A stretch of 11,704 bases of DNA. Origin: Octopus sinensis. Its lineage: Eukaryota. The DNA lies in assembly GCF_006345805.1 (NCBI RefSeq), contig NW_021826843.1:1-11704 (forward strand). The letters run 5' to 3'. A program made the translations under genes and the position numbers. Under the pieces are notes generated by a model. It worked only from the letters and a program-made list of their open reading frames with translations, had not been told where the DNA came from and searched no databases. Shown here in pieces: positions 1-7,672 of the stretch. Each line of letters starts with the position of its first letter. Position 1 is the first letter of the stretch.

Positions 1-114
1 AATATATCTTCTATATTCTTTGTTGTTTGAAATAGTTGGCATTTGATGCATCACTTCCAGAAATTTCTGTCATATATAGCCTTTTATAACCGTAATGTTT
101 TCCATTTCATATCA

Positions 115-141
115 TACAGGGTGTTCAAAAGTCTCTCTGCA
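115..141 (+). mobile_element. Possible solitary Tc1/mariner-like terminus (TA + CAGGGTGTTCAAAAGTC...)
   Basis: TA at 115-116 followed by CAGGGTGTTCAAAAG, a start typical of mariner-type TIRs. Runs directly into (TA)n. No partner TIR seen in the window. Confidence 0.3.
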
Positions 142-171
142 TATATATACATATATATAGATATATATATA
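141..171. repeat. Imperfect (TA)n microsatellite
   Basis: atatatatacatatatatagatatatatata. Confidence 0.9.
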
Positions 172-349
172 GGGAAAGTTTACAAAAAAACAAAAGACGA
201 AGACAGGTGGTGTACAAAACAACACAGATGTATTAGTATATGCGCGGAAAGGAATGAAAAAGTCTTTTACGTTTTGGAGCCTACGCTCTTCTACAGAAAG
301 GGACACAGAAAAAAAACAAGGAGAGAAACCAGGAGAGAAAAAAGGAGAA
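172..349 (-). mobile_element. Interspersed repeat fragment inserted in (TA)n, Penelope-like/retrozyme-like, carrying a degenerate minimal hammerhead motif
   Basis: Flanked on both sides by (TA)n. Minus strand 304-262 reads GTCCCTTT-CTGTAGA-A-GAGC-GTAG-GCTC-CAAAA-CG-TA-AAAGAC. Confidence 0.5.
262..304 (-). ncRNA. Degenerate minimal type I hammerhead ribozyme-like motif (CUGUAGA core variant)
   Basis: Stem I CTTT/AAAG, core CTGTAGA(A), stem II GAGC/GCTC, CAAAA in place of GAAA, palindromic ACGT at stem III, UA cleavage-site position. Two core deviations. Confidence 0.4.
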
Positions 350-373
350 ATATATATATATATATATATATAT
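350..373. repeat. (TA)n microsatellite
   Basis: Pure TA run. Confidence 0.95.
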
Positions 374-540
374 TTGAGTAGTTGAATGAATTATCTGTTA
401 AGGATAATTCGGTTACCGATACCTGGGTAGCAAATTCACATCAGAGAAGACACGTTGATGTTACGTGCTTTCGTGTGGAAATTTTAATGTTTTTTTAAAA
501 ATGTAAATATGAAAGAATGGAGTTGAACGACGAATTACCC

Positions 541-644
541 AAATTCCTTTATTTTCGACATATGTTCGAAGGCTGCATATTCCTAATTACGACGGAATAA
601 GGAGTACATTATGCCGCTTTCTCATCAGGAAAAGCAAGGAACTT
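541..644 (-). ncRNA. Type I hammerhead ribozyme, left arm copy (GAA instead of GAAA)
   Basis: Minus strand: AAGTTCCTTGCTTTTC-CTGATGA-GAAAGCGGCATA...TATGCAGCCTTC-GAA-C-ATAT-GTC-GAAAATAAAGGAATTT. Confidence 0.75.
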
Positions 645-756
645 ATGTCAACATCAAGATTCCCAAAAAACTTTTAGATGACTGCTCACACGGAGCCCAT
701 AGTGAAAATGTGTGAGCAGTCATCTAAAAGTTTTTTGTGAATCTTGATGTTGACAT

Positions 757-861
757 AAGTTCCTTGCTTTTCCTGATGAGAAAGCGGCATAATGTACTCC
801 TTATTCCGTCGCAATTAGGAATATGCAGCCTTCAAAACATATGTCGAAAATAAAGGAATTT
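757..861 (+). ncRNA. Type I hammerhead ribozyme, right arm copy (AAAA instead of GAAA)
   Basis: Stem I 757-772 pairs with 846-861. CTGATGA at 773-779. Stem II GAAAGCGGCATA (780-791)/TATGCAGCCTTC (822-833). AAAA at 834-837, then C-ATAT-G as minimal stem III, and GTC cleavage triplet at 843-845. Confidence 0.75.
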
Positions 862-896
862 TGTTAATTCGTCGTTCAACTCCATTCTTTCACTTA

Positions 897-924
897 TTTA
901 TATATATATATATATATATATATG
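897..924. repeat. (TA)n microsatellite
   Basis: Pure TA run. Confidence 0.95.
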
Positions 925-930
925 TACATA

Positions 931-1112
931 TTTGAGTGTCTGTGTTTGTTGGTGTGTTTATGTCCCCATAAGTTAGCGATTTGGCAAAAGCGACCGATAG
1001 AATAAGTACTAGGTTTACTAAGAATAAGTCCTGTGGTCGATTTGCTCGACTAAAGGCAGTGCTCCAGCATGGCTGCACTCATATGACAGAAACAAGTAAA
1101 AGAAGAAAAGAA
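931..1112 (+). mobile_element. 3' portion of a SINE (headless copy)
   Basis: CGATAGAATAAGTAC...CTGTGGTCGAT...TCGACTAA parallels the body of the SINEs at 5693+ and 10440+ (CGATAAAATAAGTACC...GGGGTCGAT...TCGACT). Ends in an A-rich tail (aagtaaaagaagaaaagaa). Confidence 0.75.
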
Positions 1113-1208
1113 TATGTGTGTATATATATAATGTACATATATACGTGTATACATATACATATATACATACATACTACATTCATATATACATACATACATA
1201 TACATATA

Positions 1209-1281
<73 letters not shown>

Positions 1282-1408
1282 AATATATATATATAAGTAG
1301 GTACGTACATATATGTTTATATATATGAATATGTTTTATTTCTCTTATTAATATATATATATTATATCTATATATATATAATATACATATATATGTATAT
1401 ATATATAT
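1113..1408. repeat. Compound (TA)n/(TACA)n microsatellite
   Basis: Interrupted TA and TACA runs. Confidence 0.92.
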
Positions 1409-1423
1409 GTTTGGCGCGCTGGC

Positions 1424-2560
1424 AGAAAAAAATATACCTTCCCCCAACCTACCCTAAAACAGATTGAAATGCAATAGTTCTAAACTAGGGTCATAATTAT
1501 GGGTGTCAATTCATATGACACCGCTAGAAAAAACTGCCGTCAAACCGAAAAGACCCAAATATCTTAAAACTATAGAATTTTCTCAATAAAGCCAAGAGAA
1601 AAAGATGTTATATAACACATTCTACCAGTATACGAAGTTTAAAAGTGTTTAGTTTGTGGAATTATTTTAAAAACTGCCGTTCAAACCGAAAAGACCCAAA
1701 TATCTTAAAACTATAGAATTTTCAATAAAGCCAAGAGAAAAAGATGTTTAAAACACTTCTACCATTAACGAAGTTTAAAAGTGTTTAGTTACGTGGAAAT
1801 TATTTTAAAAACTGCCGTTCAAACCGAAAAGACCCAAATATCTTAAAACTATAGAATTTTCTCAATAAAGCCAAGAGAAAAAGATGTTTTATAAACACAT
1901 TCTACCAGTATACGAAGTTTAAAAGTGTTTAGTTACGTGGAAATTATTTTAAAAACTAACGCCGTTCAAACCGAAAAGACCCAAATATCTTAAAAACTAT
2001 AGAATTTTCTCAATAAGCCAAGAGAAAAAGGTTTTATAAACACATTCTACCAGTATACGAAGTTTAAAAGTGTTTAGTTACGTGGAAATTATTTTAAAAA
2101 ACTGCCGGTTCAAACCGAAAAGACCCAAATATCTTAAAAACTATAGAATTTTCTCAATAAAGCCAAGAGAAAAAGATGTTTTATAAACACATCTACCAGT
2201 ATACGAAGTTTAAAAGTGTTTAGTTACGTGGAAATTATTTTAAAAACTTGCGTTCAAACCGAAAAGACCCAAATATCTTAAAACTATAGAATTTTTCAAT
2301 AAAGCCAAGAGAAAAAGATGTTTTATAAAAACACATTCTACCAGTATACGAAGTTTAAAAGTGTTTAGTTACGTGGAAATTATTTTAAAAAACTGCCGTT
2401 CAAACCGAAAAGACCCAAATATCTTAAAACTATAGAATTTTCTCAATAAGCCAAGAGAAAAAGATGTTTTATAAACACATTCTACCAGTATACGAAGTTT
2501 AAAAGTGTTTAGTTACGTGGAAATTATTTTAAAAAACTGCCGGTCAAACCGAAAAGATCC
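1424..2560. mobile_element. Rearranged copy of the TIR element: inverted left subterminal segment (1424-1556) followed by seven tandem right-end units
   Basis: 1424-1556 is the reverse complement of ~2838-2990. Terminates in AAAAAACTGCCGGTCAAACCGAAAAGATCC at 2531-2560. Confidence 0.85.
1557..2560 (+). repeat. Tandem array, 7 x ~145 bp, each unit ending in a TIR copy
   Basis: Units start (aaatatctt) at 1557, 1698, 1836, 1983, 2127, 2271 and 2417. Confidence 0.97.
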
Positions 2561-2837
2561 GAATCATGTAATTTATTTCTTCCTCGTAGCTATGACAACA
2601 TAATAAAATTTGCATAACAAAACATCTCATTTAAATTTGTCATTTTTCAACGTTCACTTCTTAGAATGGGAGTAAAAACACGCAAGCAAAAATTTGTGCT
2701 TAAATTGAATAAACCAATTCGGAACTCAAATGTTCATATGTGAATTTGAATGCTCAAAAATACAGTTCTTTGCATTTTAATTAATTTGAATACTCTTGAC
2801 AGGAATTTTAATTTGGATTACGTTAAATGCTAAATTC

Positions 2838-5172
2838 GGATCTTTTCGGATTGAACGGCAGTTTTTTCTAGCAGTGTCATATGGAATTGTCACCCATAAT
2901 TATGACCCTAGTATCGATCTATTGCATTTCAATCTGTTTTACGGTTAGGGTTAGGGTTAGGGGTGGGAGGAAGGATATCTATTTTTCTTCAGATATGTGA
3001 ATAAACCCAATCTGTTTCTTAAACGAGGGGCATATTCATACGGCACAGAATGTTTCTTTTACCTCAATAGACGTCATTGATTGGTTGAAATCAAATTCTG
3101 ATCAATGGGATCTTTTCAGTTTGAACGGCGGCTTTTTCTAGTGGTGTCATATGAAATTGTCACCCATAATTATGACCCTAGTATCGATCTATTGCATTTC
3201 AATCTGTTTTACGGTTAGGGTTAGGGTTAGGGGTGGGAGGAAGGGTATTTTTTTTCTTCACAAATGTAAATAAACCCAATCTGTTTCTTAAACGGGGGAC
3301 ATATTCATACAGCACAGAATGTTTCTTTTACCTCAATAGACGTCATTGATTGGTTGAAATCAAATTCTGATCAATGGGATCTTTTCAGTTTGAACGGCGG
3401 CTTTTTCTAGCGGTGTCTTATGGAATTGTCACCCATAATTATGACCCTAGTATCGATCTATTGCATTTCAATCTGTTTTAGGGTTAGGGGTGGGGGGAAG
3501 GGTATCTTTTTTTCTTCAGATATGTGAATAAACCCAATCTATTTCTTAAACGAGGGACATATTCATACAGCACAGAATGTTTCTTTTACCTCAATAGACG
3601 TCATTGATTGGTGAAATCAAATTCTGATCAATGGGATCTTTTCAGTTTGAACGGCGGCTTTTTCTAGCGGTTTCATATGGAATTGGTCACACCCATAATT
3701 ATGACCCTAGTATCGATCTATTGCATTTCAATCTGTTTTAGGGTTAGGGGTGGGGGGAAGGGTATCTTTTTTTCTTCAGATATGTGAATAAACCCAATCT
3801 ATTTCTTAAACGAGGGACATATTCATACAGCATAGAATGTTTCTTTTACCTCAATAGACGTCATTAATTGGTTGAAATCAAATTCTGATCAATGGGATCT
3901 TTTTTTTGAACGGCGGCTTTTTCTAGCGGTGTCATATGGAATTGTCACCCATAATTATGACCCTAGCATTGATCTATTGCATTTCAATCTTTTTACGGTT
4001 AGGGTTAGGGGTGATAGGAGGTATCTATTTTTCTTCAGATATGTGAATACCCAATCTATTTCTTAAACGAGGGACATATTATACAGCACAGAATGTTTTT
4101 TATCTCAATGGACGTCATTGATTGGTTGAAATCAAATTCTGATCAATGGGATCTTTTCAGTTTGAACGGCGGCTTTTTCTAGCGGTGTCTTATGGAATTG
4201 TCACCCATAATTATGACCCTAGTATCGATCTATTGCATTTCAATCTGTTTTAGGGTTAGGGGTGGGGGGAAGGGTATCTTTTTTTCTTCAGATATGTGAA
4301 TAAACCCAATCTATTTCTTAAACGAGGGACATATTCATACAGCACAGAATGTTTCTTTTACCTCAATAGACGTCATTGATTGGTTGAAATCAAATTCTGA
4401 TCAATGGGATCTTTTCAGTTTGAACGGCGGCTTTTTCTAGCGGTGTCATATGGAATTGTCACCCATAATTATGACCCTAGTATCGATCTATTGCATTTCA
4501 ATCTGTTTTAGGGTTAGGGGTGGGGGGAAGGGTATCTTTTTTTCTTCAGATATGTGAATAAACCCAATCTATTTCTTAAACGAGGGACATATTCATACAG
4601 TATAGAATGTTTCTTTTACCTCAATAGACGTCATTGATTGGTTGAAATCAAATTCTGATCAATGGGATCTTTTCAGTTTGAACGGCGGCTTTTTCTAGCG
4701 GTGTCATATGGAATTGTCACCCATAATTATGACCCTAGCATTGATCTATTGCATTTCAATCTGTTTTACGGTTAGGGTTAGGGGTGAGAGGAAGGGTATC
4801 TATTTTTCTTCAGATATGTGAATAAACCCAATCTATTTCTTAAACGAGGGACATATTCATACAGCACAGAATGTTTTTTATCTCAATGGACGTCATTGAT
4901 TGGTTGAAATCAAATTCTGATCAATGGGATCTTTTCAGTTTGAACGGCGGCTTTTTCTAGTGGTGTCATATAAAATTGTCACCCATAATTATGACCCTAG
5001 CATCGATCTATTGCATTTCAATCTGTTTTACGGTTAGGGTTAGGGGTGAGAGGAAGGGTATCTATTTTTCTTCAGAAATGTAAATAAGCCCAATCTATTT
5101 CTTAAACGAGGGACATATTCATACGGCACAGAATGTTTTTTACCTCAATGAACGTCAGTGATTGGTTGAAAT
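2838..5172 (+). repeat. Tandem array, 9 x ~260 bp, each unit starting with a TIR copy and containing TTAGGG repeats
   Basis: Units start (ggatctttt) at 2838, 3108, 3377, 3634, 3895, 4149, 4407, 4665 and 4927. Confidence 0.97.
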
Positions 5173-5196
5173 TGCAGAAATTGAAGAAAAATCAAC

Positions 5197-5488
5197 AAAT
5201 ATCTTACAAACTATAGAATTTTCTCAATAAAGCCAAGAGAAAAAGATGTTTTATAAACACATTCTACCAGTATACGAAGTTTAAAAGTGTTTAGTTATGT
5301 GGAAATTATTTAAAAAAACTGCCGTTCAAACCGAAAAGACCCAAATATCTTAAAAACTATAGAATTTTCTCAATAAAGCCAAGAGAAAAAGATGTTTTAT
5401 AAACACATTCTACCAGTATACGAAGTTTAAAAGTGTTTAGTTATGTGGAACTTATTTTAAAAAACTGCCGGTCAAACCGAAAAGATCC
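5197..5488 (+). repeat. Two tandem 146-bp right-end units (same family as 1557-2560)
   Basis: 5197-5342 and 5343-5488. Confidence 0.95.
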
Positions 5489-5647
5489 CTAAATTCTTTG
5501 ATCAAAGACTGAAATTGAATGACTGAAAAACGAATTTGAATGATTAATTTCATGGAATCAACCTTTAAGCAACTTTGAAAAACCTGAGAATCAAAACAGA
5601 GAATGACAAACGTATGGAAATGACTGAAAAAAGTCTATATTATCATT

Positions 5648-6772
5648 GGTGAGCTGGCAGAATCGTTAGCATGCCGGGCGAAATGCTTAGGAGTATTTCG
5701 TCTGCTGTTACGTTTAGAGTTCAAATTCCGCCGAGGTAGACTTTGCCTTTCATCCTTTCAGGGTCGATAAATTAAGTACCAGTTATGCACCGGGATCGAT
5801 ATAATCGACTTAATCCGTTTGTCTGTCCTTGTTTGTCCTCTCTGTGTTTAGCCCCTTGTGGGTAGTAAAGAAATAGGTATTTCCTCTGCCGTTAGTTTCT
5901 GAGTTCAAATTCCGCCGAGGTCGACTTTGCCTTTCATTCTTTCGGGGTCGATAAATTAAGAACCAGTAATGCACTAGGGTCGATATAATTGACTTAATCC
6001 GTTTGTCTGTCCTTGTTTGTCCCCTCTGTGTTTAGCCCCTTGTGGGTAGTAAAGAAATAGGTATTTCATCTGCCTTTACGCTCTGAGTTCAATTTCCACC
6101 GAGGTCGACTTTGCCTTTCATTCTTTCGGGATCAGTTAAATAAGTACCAGTTACATACTGGGGTCGACATAATTGACTTAATCCATTTGTCCTCTCTGCA
6201 TTTAGCCCCTTGTAAGTAGTAAAGAAATTGATATTTTGTCTGCCACTACGTTCTGAGTTCAAATTCCGCTGAGGTTGACTTTGCCTTTCATCCTTTCGGG
6301 GTCGATAAATTAAGTACCAGTTATGCACTAGGGTCGATGTAATCGACTTAATCTCTTTCTCTGTCCTTGTTTGTCCTTTCTGTGTTTAGCCCCTTGTGGG
6401 TAGTAAAGAAATAGGTATTTCCTCTGCCGTTAGTTTCTGAGTTCAAATTCCGCCGAGGTCGACTTTGCCTTTCATTCTTTCGGGGTCGATAAATTAAGAA
6501 CCAGTAATGCACTAGGGTCGATATAATTGACTTAATCCGTTTGTCTGTCCTTGTTTGTCCCCTCTGTGTTTAGCCCCTTGTGGGTAGTAAAGAAATAGGT
6601 ATTTTGTCTGCTGTTACATCCTGAGTTCAAATTCCGCCGAGGTCAACTTTGCCTTTCATCCTTTTGGGGTCGATTAAATAAGTACCAGTTACGCACTGGG
6701 GTCAATGTAATCGACTTAATCATTTAGTCTGTCCTCCCTGTGTTTAGCCCCCTGTGGGCAATAAAGAAATAC
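5648..6772 (+). mobile_element. tRNA-derived SINE with one head and six tandem body units
   Basis: Head GGTGAGCTGGCAGAATCGTTAGC. Bodies start at 5693, 5877, 6061, 6231, 6415 and 6599 (184-bp period, unit 3 is 170 bp). Flanking direct repeat ATATTATCATTGGT at 5637-5650 and 6773-6786. Confidence 0.9.
5655..5729 (+). promoter_or_regulatory. Pol III internal promoter of the SINE (A box and B box-like)
   Basis: TGGCAGAATCG at 5655-5665 and GTTCAAATTCC at 5719-5729. Confidence 0.65.
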
Positions 6773-7233
6773 ATATTATCATTGGTTTTATTACAATAGG
6801 TAAAGGATACTAGGAGGCTCCTTCTGCGACTAGAACAAATAGTTAAGCCAGTGTGAACATATTTAGTGTAGTGACACAAAGAAATTTTTGCTTTAATTAA
6901 AATTGCTAATTTCATGGTAAGCAATGTCCATTAACTTAATGAAAATTTAATTACACTTTTTTTTTCTCTGCCCCCCACCCCCCTTCCGTCTCTCTTGACA
7001 TCTTTTTTTCTATTCTTCTCTTCTCATTCTTCCATAACTCCTCTTCCTCCTCCTCCACCTCCTTCTCCTCCATAATTGTCAACCCTTCACAAGAACTCTT
7101 GCTTCTCCCCTCCACCCCAACCCCCACGCCCCCCCCACAACCCGTATCAATCTCCTGTTTGGACACCGGAAGTCGGTATCTTGGAATGGCAATCAGTGCC
7201 ATCATTAGAGTTCTGCCAAAGTTCTTGGAGTTG

Positions 7234-7425
7234 GTTGTTGTTGTTGTTGTTGTTCTTCTTCTTCTTCTTCTTCTTCTTCTTCTTCTTCTTCTTCTTCTCC
7301 TTCTTCTTCTTATTTTCTTTCTTCTTCTTATTTTCTTCTCTTCTTTTCTTTCTTCTTCTTCTTCCTCTCTTTCTTCTTCTTCTCTTCTTCTTCTTCTGCT
7401 TCTTCTTCTTCTTCTTCTTCTTCTT
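7234..7425. repeat. (GTT)n followed by (TTC)n microsatellite
   Basis: Direct reading. Confidence 0.95.
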
Positions 7426-7427
7426 TA

Positions 7428-7640
7428 ACTATACATCAGTACCACCAAAGCTGCCACCACTACAATCACCATGGCCACCATCACCACCTCCACCACCACT
7501 TACACAACCCACATCACTACAACCACCACCACCGCCGCCACTACCATCACCACCACAATCATCCCCACTACCAACAACAACAACAACACCACTACACCAC
7601 CACCAGCACCACCACTTCCACCACCACTACCACCACCACT

Positions 7641-7672
<32 letters not shown>

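Larger units (their letters stand above)
510..892. repeat. Long near-perfect inverted repeat (arms 510-691 and 710-892, 18-nt spacer)
   Basis: tgaaagaatggagttgaacg...gactgctcacac is the reverse complement of gtgtgagcagtc...cgttcaactccattctttca, with only a few substitutions and a 1-nt indel. Spacer ggagcccatagtgaaaat at 692-709. Confidence 0.97.
2838..5488 (+). mobile_element. Non-autonomous DNA transposon (MITE-type, Merlin-like by GG termini and 8-bp TSD) expanded by internal tandem arrays
   Basis: TIRs 2838-2867 and 5459-5488 match at 28/30. CTAAATTC is duplicated at 2830-2837 and 5489-5496. The monomeric element can be read at 4927-5342 (416 bp). No coding capacity. Confidence 0.9.

Noticed and set aside
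43-1447. ORFs with IYIYIY runs
   Set aside because: They are (TA)n microsatellite translations spanning repeat fragments.
2943-2965. True telomere or fusion site
   Set aside because: Only 2-3 TTAGGG per unit, and they are an internal part of the MITE.
3070-3087. CRE-like GACGTCA and inverted CCAAT in each MITE unit
   Set aside because: These short motifs are multiplied by tandem duplication, and no linked gene or transcription evidence is visible.
1557-5488. CRISPR-like regular repeats
   Set aside because: The entire units repeat, there are no unique spacers or cas genes, and the context is eukaryotic.
5648-5730. tRNA gene
   Set aside because: A/B-box-like motifs are present, but there is no convincing cloverleaf and the sequence continues into a repeated SINE body.
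6951-7205. 84-aa minus-strand ORF
   Set aside because: It is largely low-complexity GA-rich sequence with no recognisable product.
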